Shown here: in pieces, positions 34,990 to 45,501 of the stretch
Numbering within the stretch: the stretch's first letter is position 1
Layout of the letters: the number at the start of each line of letters is the position of its first letter
DNA from: Blastocladiella emersonii ATCC 22665
Lineage: Eukaryota > Fungi > Blastocladiomycota
DNA: 64,000 bases
Direction: 5' to 3'
NCBI GenBank assembly: GCA_025594325.1
Contig: JANHCV010000002.1
Coordinates: forward strand, 2,418,001-2,482,000
Made by a program: the position numbers and the translations under genes
Notes under the pieces: generated by a model
Database searches by the model: none
What the model was told of the DNA's origin: nothing
What the model saw: only the letters and a program-made list of their open reading frames with translations

Positions 34990-36256
34990 GGTGGCGGCGG
35001 GTGATGCTCAGGCGAGCAGCAGCAGCGGCGGCAGCACTTGGCGACGAGCGGGTGACGCGGTCGTGGAGGCGGTCTAATCGGTCGTGAGAGCAGGCAATCA
35101 GATGAGTGATCCGATCGAGCGTGTAGACGGCGGCGCGGTGGCGGGAGAGGGTCGACGGCCGTGTGCACGGGCCGATCACGGCGTGGGTGGGAGGTCGGAG
35201 GCGAGCGTCACGTACAGAGAGCGGTGAGAGCGAGCACAGCAGCGTCCGCGGCGAGCGCACACGAGAGAGGGACGAGGGAGTCGCTCGACCGGCGAGGAGC
35301 GTCGCGCGGGAGCGGGTCGGTCTGTCGGTCGTGCGTGCGAGCGAGCGAGCGGGCGGGCGTGTGCGAGCGGGATCGAGAGGAGCGCGAGGCGGGCGGGTGT
35401 GCGGGCGCGCGTCCGGAGCAGGCAGGCGGGCGAGGCGAGCGTTCTCGGAGGAGCAGAGGGGAGAGAGGGGATGCGGGACGCGCGGGCGGCTTTTAGCGGC
35501 GGCGGGGACGCGTCTCTCTCCCCCTCGCAGCGTGCCGAGCCGAGCCGAGCACGGCCGAGGCGCGCCGTGATGTGGGAACGCGCGCGGGTGCGAGAAGGGT
35601 GGCGAAGGGTGTGAGAACGGGCCTCTCCGCGCCGCGATCGCCGCGGCCGCGCACCGCGCGAAAAAGCGCGTCTCCCGCCGTGGCGCCGACGCGCGACGCG
35701 TGGGACCCGCCGTCACCTGACGCGCACGCGACCGCCTCCGCGGCCGTCTCGCACCGTCTCGCACCGCCCCGCCCCCCTCTGCCGCCATTTCCGCCCCCCT
35801 TCTGCCGCCTCGCCCGCGTCGCCCGAGACTGGCGTCCCACGCATCGCATCGTGCCTGTTCTGCTCCGCGCCGCGTGTGCGCGGACGCGGCCGGAAACTGC
35901 GCGCCGCCCGGCGGGTTCCCACGATCGCGCCCGGCGGTCAGCATGCATACGCGCCGACTCGCATCCCGATCACCATCTGTGCGCTTCTCGCTGCCTTCTC
36001 GTGGCCTTTGCTGCCGACCCGGCCGCGCCCGAACTGTCTCCCCTGCCGAGGCGTGTCGCCCACCTCCACGTGGATTCGACTCGTTGCTTGATTTTCATCT
36101 GCCGTGGCGGTGGCGCCGCACTCTGCTCCGCTGCCCTGTCCGCTGCCTCGGCTGCCGTCCCTCGCCAGAGCTGTTTGCCTCCCCTCTCTCCCCCGCTCTG
36201 CACTGCTCGAACCACGGGCCACACCCACCACATGCAGCAGTAACCGCAGCGCAACC

Positions 36257-37183
36257 ATGTCATCCGGCCCCTCGTCCGTCTCGTTCGCCTCGGCGCTAAG
36301 CACGCTGTTCCGCGCCGTCCCGCGCGACCTGGCCGACCTGTCGCGCGCCCAGTCGCTCGCCCTCGCCGCCTTTGCCGCCGTGTCCGTGTGCTTCTCGATC
36401 ATCGACATCAACGCGCTGCTGTTCCCGTCGCGCGAGCTCGCCCTGCTCAAGTGGACCAACGACGCCGCCGCCGGCCGCGAGGTGTGGCAGCGCGCCCTCA
36501 TGACGCTGTCGGGCGTGGCCAGCGTCACGGGGTGCCTGTCCGTCGTCCTGGCCGCGCTGGGCCGCTACTCGACCTACTTCTGGGGCACCATCAATGCCGT
36601 GTGCTACGGGCTCGCCGCCTTTGCCTACGGCTACGTCGGCGACGGCCAGCTCAACGCCTACTTTGTCGTGATGCAGGTCGTCGGCATGCTGGCCTGGGCC
36701 CGCAACATCGACAACGCCGACACGGCCACCGCCCGGTCGCTGTCGTGGCTCGCGCGCGGCGCCGTGGTCGCGGCGTGCACCGCCTTTGGCTGCGTCATGT
36801 ACTTTGAGATCCCGTGGGTCGCCACCGCCCTGACGGGCGCCTACGCGTACGACGGCGTCCTGGCCCCGCACGTCCTCGACAGCGCCGCCGTGGCGACCCA
36901 GGTCCTCGCCCAGGTCCTCATGACGGGGCGGTTCTGGGAGCAGTGGATCCTGTGGATCGCCGCCGACGTGATCCAGATCGTCATGTTCTCGGGCCTCGTC
37001 AGCGTCAACGCCTTCGACTTCAACATCCTCATCATGTGGTCCCTGTTCCTCATCAACGCACTCTACGGCGCCACCACCTGGTACCGCCGCGCCCAGGTGC
37101 CGGATGCCGAGCGACCCGAGTCGAGCGCCGCGACGCTCGTGCCGTCGGCCGACGCCGCTGATGCCGCCGCGGCCAAGGTCTAG
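36257..37183 (+). CDS. pnuC: PnuC-family nicotinamide riboside (vitamin) transporter
   Basis: SGVASVTGCLSVVLAALGRYSTYFWGTINAVCY, GQLNAYFVVMQVVGMLAW, LDSAAV...AQVLMTGRFWEQWILWIAADVIQI, FLINALYG..W. About 8 TM segments, intronless. Confidence 0.85.
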   Translation: MSSGPSSVSFASALSTLFRAVPRDLADLSRAQSLALAAFAAVSVCFSIIDINALLFPSRELALLKWTNDAAAGREVWQRALMTLSGVASVTGCLSVVLAALGRYSTYFWGTINAVCYGLAAFAYGYVGDGQLNAYFVVMQVVGMLAWARNIDNADTATARSLSWLARGAVVAACTAFGCVMYFEIPWVATALTGAYAYDGVLAPHVLDSAAVATQVLAQVLMTGRFWEQWILWIAADVIQIVMFSGLVSVNAFDFNILIMWSLFLINALYGATTWYRRAQVPDAERPESSAATLVPSADAADAAAAKV

Positions 37184-38191
37184 CCTGTCGCTCCAGTCAA
37201 CCCGTGTGTGTGTTCTCCGTTCTATCGCCGTATACATAGATGCAAAGCGTTTTGTGTGACCATGTTTGAATCCGCGAGAATGCCCACCCGCGCGCGCCAC
37301 GACCGCCGTCGGCGCGGCCCCCGGACGCGAGCGCGGGTGACGTCGCGGCCATCGGCCAGGCACCCATTTTCACCACACACTCTTGGACGCGCGCAGCCAC
37401 TGGTCGTGCCGTGTGCAGCGGGGCAAGTGGACGAAGCGCGCGAGCGGACGCCCGATCCGCAGGGACCAAGCGCTCGTCGGCCCGCGGCCGTGCACGAGTT
37501 GAAATCAACGCGGTCTGCGGTTCGTGAGCAGCTCGCGGCCGAGTTCAGGCCAAGCTAGAGTTGGAGAGAGAGCCATGTCGCAGCCCTTCGCGACCTGCGG
37601 GTACTGCTCCTGGTCAACACCGCCGTCCTGACGGCCATCGAGTGTGGTGGGCATGGCCGAGCTGCGCGGCCGCGCCCCTGCCCCCGCGCCCCATCCTCAA
37701 CATCCAGAGCAGCATCTGGGCCGCCGGCTCTGCTTCCAACAACACCGAGCTCTGGGCTGCCTCAGAGCGCGATACTCTGCAACGGTGCCTGTAAGGGGCC
37801 GCAACCTCGCGCGCGAGTGCCGCGGCACGCGACGCGCCGCTCGGGGCCGCGCCCTCCAAGGTCAAGCGCGCGGCTCCAAGCGACGATAGTTGCGCAATGT
37901 GGCAGGCAACCCATGACAAGCGATGGTTGACGTGAAAATGGTCGGGAAGCTACCCCGGCTTCCTGCCCGGGAAGCGCACCCGGTGGCCAAGGAGCCACGT
38001 GCTGTAACCACCGCGTCCGTGCGCGCCACGGCCGCCGCCGTGCCTGGGCCAGTTCATCACCACGAGGGCATGCAAAAGAGACATCAAGGAGAGTATAGTA
38101 TGCGATTGGAGCAGACATGACGACAGCGTAGAACACGACTCCCCTCGGCCATGGCGAAGCGAGCAGCGAGCAGCGAGCGGCGACCGGCCGT

Positions 38192-39301
38192 TTACTTGCA
38201 GACCGAGAGCCCCGCGACCGCCTTCTTGTCGCACTGGCTCTGGCACCCGGTCCCGCAGTACGCGCCCGACGTGCCGCACCACCCGTACTGCGAGCAGCAC
38301 GCGCCCGCGGGGCACAGGCGCGTCGCCGAGCACTGCGAGCCGCCCGAGGGCAGGATGCAGCGGGTCTCGGTACTGCCACCGCCGGTGCTGCACGAGGTGA
38401 GGTTCGGGGTCGCGATCTTGTTGCACTGGCTCTGGCAGCCTAGACGGGGTCGAGGAAGGGTCGGTCAGCGGTCGCGACTGGGTGATGGCGAGATAACACA
38501 CGACGTACCTGTGCCGCAGTGCGCCTTGGTCGTGCCACACCAGCCGTACTGCGAGCAGCACAGCCCGCCGGGGCACACCTGCAGCGCCGAGCACTGCTGC
38601 GCCGTCGACTGAATCACGCAGCGGGTGGGCGTCGGCGCGGGCGGCGTCGTTGTGGTGGTCGTAGTACTGGACGTAGTCGTAGAAGTCGTAGTCGTCGTCG
38701 TAGCCGTGGTCGCGGGCGGCTTCGGCGGCAGGTCCGCGATCATGCGGATGTTGCTGATCTTGATCCCGGGCGAGCCCGACCACGTGAAGGCGTAACTGCG
38801 CGACGCGTCGGCGCGCTGGCGGTCGGCCTTGAGGAAGACGTAGGTCGAGAAGCCCATCTCGCCCTTGAGCGCCGTGGCCGTCGTGGACGACGTGAAGGCC
38901 GACGGCGCGTCGCCCGTGCACGACGCATCGTGCAGCTTGAGCTCGAGCTTGATCTCGGACGTCAGGCTCGGCGCCTCGTAGTCGAACTTAATCAGGTTGA
39001 CGGTCGTGCACATGTTGTCGGGCGAGATGACCTCGGTCCAAAAGCTGCCCTCCTACATACACGCAAATTTGGGGCTCGGGGTCAGCAACGCAGGCACGGG
39101 CATGGCGTCCGCACGCATAGCACGTACGGGGATCGTGACGCCGCCAAGGGCACCGAGGATGCGGGGGCCGTAGCACGGGTAGCCGAGGTTGTTGGTCAGG
39201 GGGATCACCTTGTTGAAGCTGTTGACGACCACCTCGACGGTCGCGCCGTGCGCCGCGACGACAAGCAGGGCGACGAGCAAGCTGGAGAGCACTGTGCGCA
39301 T
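38192..39301 (-). CDS. Secreted protein with an unknown N-terminal domain, Thr-rich linker and two hevein/CBM18 chitin-binding domains; join(39301..39128,39052..38509,38439..38192)
   Basis: Signal peptide [47 protein letters not shown] and [28 protein letters not shown]. Two canonical introns restore the frame. Confidence 0.85.
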
Positions 39302-40149
39302 TGTCTAGAGGGAATACATGGGAAAGGCCGGGGAGCGGGGAGAGGAGCGGCTCGGCCTGGCCGAATTTGAGGGGCGGCGGTGATCCGAAACCTTGCGGGG
39401 GAAGTCGGAACAAGCGCCGTTCCGCGGGGAAGCTGGGACCAGGGGCAAGCCGATGGCCGACTGACCGACACGCAAGCAAGCCCCGCTCTCCGCAGCGGTT
39501 CCGCGACCGACTGATGGGAGACACTCGGGACGAGCGCGTTGGAGCGCTCTTTGGGTCGAGGCGACCCAAGTGGAGCACGCGTGGCGCGGTCCGGGTTCGT
39601 TCCAGGACGACCCGGGAACGTGGCTTGGATCGCGCTGCTCGAACCCGGACTCGCCTTGGCGCCTTCTCTCGTCGCCTAAGGACTCATAATGCAACTCATC
39701 TCGAATGCAACTCACCTCGAACACACGCTGCGGGCAACCCACTCACCTCAAATCTGTCTCGCCGACGAGTCACGGCTTCTTCCCGCTGCAAAGTCGCCAC
39801 AGCGCTACGTTGATGGTGATCGCGCGGGTCGCGCAGCATCAACCCCACCCAAGCTTCGGAATTTCTGAGCGATGGGTGTGCAGAACAATGCACCACACGG
39901 CTGGCAAACAGCAGGCGGTGGCGTGCACGAGCGAGCAGCGGGCTTGGTGGCGCAGCCGCTCACGTGGTCTGACCACCGCGTCTCGCGGGCCAGAGCCGCG
40001 CTGGCGAAGCTACGGGGTTCTAGTCAAGGCAAGGGAGACATTGAGAGCGCGAGGAACTGAGCGACGAGCAAGTAAATCTTGGGGGAGTGTGGGTGAAGGG
40101 GACGCGGATGAGTGATGGGTTTGAGCGAAGCGAACGGGTACAGGCGGCG

Positions 40150-40285
40150 GGACGCCCGGCGATGGCCTTCTTGTCGCCCTGGCCCTGACACCCGGCGCCG
40201 CAGAGGTCGACGGTGGTCCCGCACCATTTGTGTTGCGAGTAGCACTGACCGTCGGAGGACAGCCGCGTCGCTAAGCACTCGTCCA
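40150..40285 (-). pseudogene. Degenerate hevein/CBM18 domain relic
   Basis: CLATRLSSDGQCYSQHKWCGTTVDLCGAGCQGQGDKKAIAG aligns with [41 protein letters not shown] of the adjacent gene; 3 of 8 Cys are lost. Confidence 0.75.
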
Positions 40286-41106
40286 CGCTGGCAACCGCAC
40301 GCGTTGCGATATCACGCCAGCCTCACCTGATCGACGGGGTGTGGCGCGGCGCGTCCGCTCGAGGCGTTCGTGGCCCTGCTCAACGAAGAAAACCGGAGGG
40401 TGTGAACTGGGAGCTACGAGCAGCGATTGAAGCCGCGCACGCAAGTGGAAGCAACGGCCGCGAATGGGAGTGACAGCCAAAACGGGAAGCTATCAAAGCA
40501 CTGGAGCGTGCTGGGTCTAGGATGCACTGGCTCCGCTGGCCCGCAAATTAAACAGGCAAGTGGATCCGCGAACAGCACGCGCAAACGGGCGACGCGGCGG
40601 CCACATCTGGGAACGAATGTGTAGCTGGGAGCCATCGCACTGCTTGCGAGCTTGGCTGATTGGGAGGCAGCTGCTAGTTCATGATTCAAGCAGGTGGCAC
40701 TCCTCGCTCCGTTGCGTGACCCGTTGCGCTTCCCGAATGAGGAGCAGGGAGCGCCGCGATTGCACGGCCCTTGCCTCCCGATCGCGTTCCCAGGCTGGTG
40801 GCTCACTCAACGAGCGCAAGCAGGCAAATGAGAGCCAGCTCGATCCAGAGCCAGGTCATGGATCCGAGCTCCCGTAACGCTGGTCGGCCGAGCACGCTCC
40901 TACCGCGCCGGTTCCCGTGTTGCGAGCAACGGTCCTTGGTTCCGGTGGCAGCTCGCGCCGCGCCGGCTCGTCAGCGGCGGCGGTGTCCGCTGATAAATAG
41001 TCGCCGCCGCCCCGCTCCCTCTCCACGATTCGACAGCGAGCAGCAACGCCTTCTCCCTCTCTTCCCCCGGCTCTTCCCCAAGAACTCCCCCACCTCTTCC
41101 ACCACC

Positions 41107-41976
41107 ATGACCGGCTACGCCTACGGCAACGACTCGTATAACTCGGGCTACGGCGGCGACTCGTACAACTCGGGCTATGGCGGCGACTCGTACAACTCGG
41201 GCTATGGCGGCGACTCGTACAACTCGGGCTACGGCGGCGACAGCTACGGCTCGGGCTACGGCGGCGATTCCTACGGCTCGGGCTACTACGGCGGCGACTC
41301 GTACAACTCGGGCTATGGCGGCGACTCGTACAACTCGGGCTATGGCGGCGACTCGTACAACTCGGGCTATGGCGGCGACTCGTATAACTCGGGCTACGGC
41401 GGCGACAGCTACGGCTCGGGCTACGGCGGCGATTCCTACGGCTCGGGCTACTACGGCGACGACTCGTACGGTGGCTACGATTCCGGGTACTACGGCGGCG
41501 ATGGCAGCTACAACTCGGGCTGCGGCGGCGATTCGTACGATTCTGGCTACGGCGGCGACTCGTATGGATCGGGCTCGTATGGCTCGGGCTCGTATGGCTA
41601 CGGCGGTGACTCGTACGGCTCGGGTTACGGCGGTGACTCGGGCTACGGCGGCGATTCCTACGGCTCGGGCTACGGCGGCGACTCGTACTCAGGCTACGGC
41701 GGCGACTCGTACGGCTCGGGCTACGGCGGCGACTCGTACGGCTCGGGATACGGCGGCGATGGCAGCTACGACTCGGGCTACTACGGCGGTGACTCGGGTT
41801 ACGCCTACGACTCGAGCTACTACAGCAGCGGCGACGGCTACGGCTACGACTCGAGCTACTACAGCAGCGGCGACGGCTACGGCTACGACTCGAGCTACTA
41901 CGGCAGCGGCGACGGGTACAGCTACGATTCGGGTTACTACGGCGGTGACTCGTACGGCGACGGCTGCTGCAACTAG
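41107..41976 (+). CDS. Gly/Tyr/Ser/Asp low-complexity tandem-repeat protein (SGYGGDSYN)n, about 289 aa, ending GCCN
   Basis: ACCATG start context, a 27-nt coding repeat with synonymous third-position variation, no signal peptide, and a TATA-like gataaata about 110 nt upstream. Confidence 0.8.
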   Translation: MTGYAYGNDSYNSGYGGDSYNSGYGGDSYNSGYGGDSYNSGYGGDSYGSGYGGDSYGSGYYGGDSYNSGYGGDSYNSGYGGDSYNSGYGGDSYNSGYGGDSYGSGYGGDSYGSGYYGDDSYGGYDSGYYGGDGSYNSGCGGDSYDSGYGGDSYGSGSYGSGSYGYGGDSYGSGYGGDSGYGGDSYGSGYGGDSYSGYGGDSYGSGYGGDSYGSGYGGDGSYDSGYYGGDSGYAYDSSYYSSGDGYGYDSSYYSSGDGYGYDSSYYGSGDGYSYDSGYYGGDSYGDGCCN

Positions 41977-42915
41977 CCGCCTACTGGTCAAGGCGGCCGG
42001 CCCCGCGTGCTTCTCGATCGTGCCTCGCCCTCTGTTCTTGCTCACCCGCCCTCCCTTTCTACCTTGTCCTTCATTCCTCGATCGAGATAAATCGCACCCG
42101 TTTTGCTCATATACAACTCTCTCGCTGTTGCGCGCGACAATCCGATCAGGCTGTGAGGAAGTGAGCTGGCCAGGAAGCTAAACGCGGCTCCGCTCGCCCT
42201 TGAATTGATTGGTGAACGAGGTCCGCAATCAGCCGCGGGCAAGGCGATAGGCTGCGAGGCTATCCATTCGTGGGCTACGTCGAAAAGGCATGAAGGGTTT
42301 CGATGAAATGGGGTGGCGTAAGGGAAGGGAAGGTAAGGGCCGCTTCCCCAACCTTGATCGCATCGGACGTCGTTGACGGGTTCAATCATGCGTCGCTCAG
42401 GCAGTCAATTTCCCACCCGTGTGACAAGTTGAAGTGGGCGGCGACCCGCACCAGCCGGCCGGACGCGTTCGAAAGCGGCGACGCGTCGCGAGGACTGTGG
42501 CGCATCGCGATCATGCGAGTGGCGCAGCACTCCATGTTCGCCATGGGTCAGGGAGCCTGCTTTTGCTCGGGACCAGTTTGACGCTGGTGCATGCGGCGGC
42601 ATGCGAGACCGCTCAATCAAGAGCCTTACTCCAACCGGAGACTGGAAACCTGAGTGGGACTAGGTTCGCGTTCGTCCTCACAGCACACTGCTCTCGAGAA
42701 CTCAAGCGATCCTCCGGGGTACGGCGCGGTCGAAACGCGATGAACTCAGTGTGCTGTGATTGGTGCTTACGATGACGAGGAGGGCACGCCACGATCGTGT
42801 CGAGATATATCATGAGGAGCGAGAGGGTACGCGCGCGGAGCAGGTGGAGGAAATCACGACAACGTCAGGGTCAAAGCACACAGCCGACACACTGCCCGAC
42901 ACGCGCGCGCGTCGG

Positions 42916-43900
42916 TTACGCGGGAGCGGCAGCCGCGGGCTCGGGGCAGCGGCGCCAGGCGAGCTGGAACGTCTCGGACGAGGTGCCCGAGTCGGGCGAG
43001 CGGCCGAGCGACGTCGGGCGGCCGGGCCCGCCGTTGACCTCGGACAGCGACGAGATGGCGAACCGGATGGGCCCGCCGCCGCTGCTGCAGGGCGACCAGG
43101 AGAGCGTTGGCAGCTCCTCGCGCACCGAGAAGGGCACGACAGCCGACGGCGACCCGACCGGGCGGAACGTGAAGGCGGCGCTGGGCCCGGCGCCGCCCGT
43201 CGAGACGAGTGCGCGGTGCACGGCCTCGGTGCCCGGCAGGACCTGCGCGCCGCCCGCGAACGTGGCGGCCTGCACGGCGACCTGGTACCCGCGCGGCACG
43301 TCGAGGTCGAAGCCGTAGTCGCACTGCGCGCGCGACATGGCGCCCGGGATGCCCGGCCCGCCGCCCCCACCGCCGCCGCCGAGCACCGTCTGGAAGTTGG
43401 TGAAGACGACCTCGATTAACGACCCGTCGCCCGACGCGATGGCGGCGACCGGGTCGAACACGTTGCTGCCGCCGGTGGGCGGGCCACCGGGGCCACCCGC
43501 ACCGCCGGGACCCCCGGGCGCACCGGGTCCGCCCGGCCCACCTGGACCGCCAGCACCACCGGGACCGCCCGGACCGCCACCGTCACCTAGCGGAGCAAAG
43601 GAGGAGCGAGGGGTGTGAGACACCGTGCCGAAAACGCGCGAGTCGCTGAAACGTACGGGAACATCCCGATCCGGCAAAAGTCAGGCCCGAGAGGCGGATC
43701 GGGCCCGGCGGCGCCGTGATGCCCGCGCGGTTGCCGGCACCCGGGTTCTGGCGCTTGGTGAGCGACGCGTGGCCTTTCGAGGGACGGGCCGCGACCGCCG
43801 ACGCGTGGCCGATGGCGGCGAGGAGCACGAGGGCGAGCGCGGCGAGGACGGGCAGCGCGCCGCGGCGGGGCTTGGTCGTGGTGTCGTTTGAAGAATACAT
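42916..43900 (-). CDS. Secreted DUF4360-like protein with an internal (GPG/GAG)n insertion; join(43900..43657,43586..42916)
   Basis: Signal-like LPVLAALALVLLAAIGHASA, KR processing site, LTFAGSGC, FTNFQ...SRAQCDYGFDLDVPRGYQVAV...GGAQV, C-terminal FQLAWRRC. 70-nt intron. Confidence 0.7.
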
Positions 43901-44543
43901 GGTGTGTGGAGCAGTGTCTCGGTCGCAGGTGGGTGCGAGTGAGGCGCGGTAGCTGGCCAAGCGGAGGGCCGGCGGGCGCGGCCGCTACTTGAGGCGCAAA
44001 GGCCGCCGAAACCTCGCCGCGGGCCTCGGATGCGGCCGGCGGGCGCTGGATTGCTTCGGCACCGGCGAGGGCGGCGTGTCAGACTGCGGTGCCGTCGCGG
44101 TGTCATCGGGGTGACCGCCGAGACGCGTGAGCGCAAACGGGAGCCCCCGCCGGCTGCCGCGTCGGTCTCACGCCGGCGCGGTCTGAGCGTTCATGGCAGG
44201 TGGCGATGCATCAGTCAGTTGCATGGAGTGTCTCGGGAGTGTCCGCCCGCGTGAAAGCGTGAGGAGCAAGCGAGAGAGCGGACGACGCGGAAGCTGAAAC
44301 CGTCTCAGCGCTCGTCACATGATATCGCGACGCGTCTCTCACCCCGCAAAGCTCGAGCGGCCGTGCCGCTGGCTTTGGGGTTGCGGACGCTGGTGATGAC
44401 AAGGAAAACGGCTCTGCTTTACGCTCGGGGCGGGCGGGCCGGCACGAGTATAAAAGCCGGCGCGTTCCCCCTCCTCGCTTGCTCCCACCACCGTCTGCCC
44501 CAAGAACTACGCATCAACCCTCTATCAACGCCACACCATCACC

Positions 44544-45047
44544 ATGTCTGCCGCGTCGGTGGAGAACCAGGCCAAAGCCGACCGCACCGGCCCCGACGCC
44601 AACACCACCAAGCCCAAGGCCGCCGCGGCCGTCCCGCCCGGCGCGCGCGCCGTCTACTACGGCGGCTTCCCGTACCCGATCCCTTTTGGCCGCGCACCTG
44701 CCCGCGGCGGTTCGCGTGGCGGCGTGTACTTTTGGCCGCAGTCCGTCTGGGACATGATGCCGCGCGGTGCGCCGCCCGTCTGGCTCGCCGGCGGTCCCGA
44801 GTTTAACGGCGCCGAGCCGGGCTCGTACGTGGGCGCCGAGTCGGGCGCAAGCGGACCGGAGCACCGCGGCAGCAACGGCACCGAGCCCGCCGCCGCCCAT
44901 GGTCGCGTACGACCGCCCGCCGTGCTGGAACTGCAGCGCGCCCGCCGGCCTCGTCTTCGCTGGCCGCCGCCGCCCATGTACAACTACGGTCCGTGCGGCC
45001 CCGGCGGCTCGTGCGGCCAGGGCGGCTTCTTCCCCACTTGGTGCTGA
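44544..45047 (+). CDS. Small Pro/Gly/aromatic-rich hypothetical protein ending in Cys
   Basis: ACCATG start, TATAAAA at 44449-44455, host-like codon usage; no recognisable family. Confidence 0.5.
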   Translation: MSAASVENQAKADRTGPDANTTKPKAAAAVPPGARAVYYGGFPYPIPFGRAPARGGSRGGVYFWPQSVWDMMPRGAPPVWLAGGPEFNGAEPGSYVGAESGASGPEHRGSNGTEPAAAHGRVRPPAVLELQRARRPRLRWPPPPMYNYGPCGPGGSCGQGGFFPTWC

Positions 45048-45501
45048 GGGCGGCAGCGATGGTGCCGCCCTGGCGCCAGCAGAGCAGATCTGAGCATGTT
45101 GTTGTTGATGTCAAACCTGATCATTCCTTCCCGTATCCCTCACGTCATTGGTCTCCTCGTTTTGATGCACGACCTGTATTTTCTCTGTGTGTTTCCGTGT
45201 CTGAGCAACAGTTCGTCAGCAGCGACTTGGCCCTGATCCTCACCGCCGCCATTGCCATCACGCGTTTGGCGGTCTGGCGGCGTGCGCACGGCAGGGCATC
45301 GAGGAGGTCGCCACGTCGTTCAACGTGGCCTCGCTCATCGCACACGCCGCCGTCCTGGGCGCGCTCTGCGACATGATCCCCAACGCGCAGTCGGGCAACG
45401 ATCATGGCTCACCTGGCGTCGGCGGACCCGAACAACGACAAACCCCACTCTACATTTCCTCAAACTCTAGCGAATCCCACAGGGATCGCGCTTCCGCGCT
45501 C

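Noticed and set aside
26530-35004. Very long plus-strand ORFs (842 aa, 1956 aa) and similar ones at 50842-53964 and 60361-63774
   Set aside because: They are antisense shadows of high-GC3 minus-strand genes; the translations are Arg/Gly/Val-rich with no motifs.
41125-41960. Regular 27-nt repeats resembling a CRISPR array or minisatellite
   Set aside because: There are no unique spacers or cas genes, the context is eukaryotic, and the variation is mostly synonymous within an open frame, so it is a coding repeat.
43478-43582. Collagen triple-helix domain
   Set aside because: Only about 11 triplets, broken by APG, with Gly in the Y position; too short and atypical.
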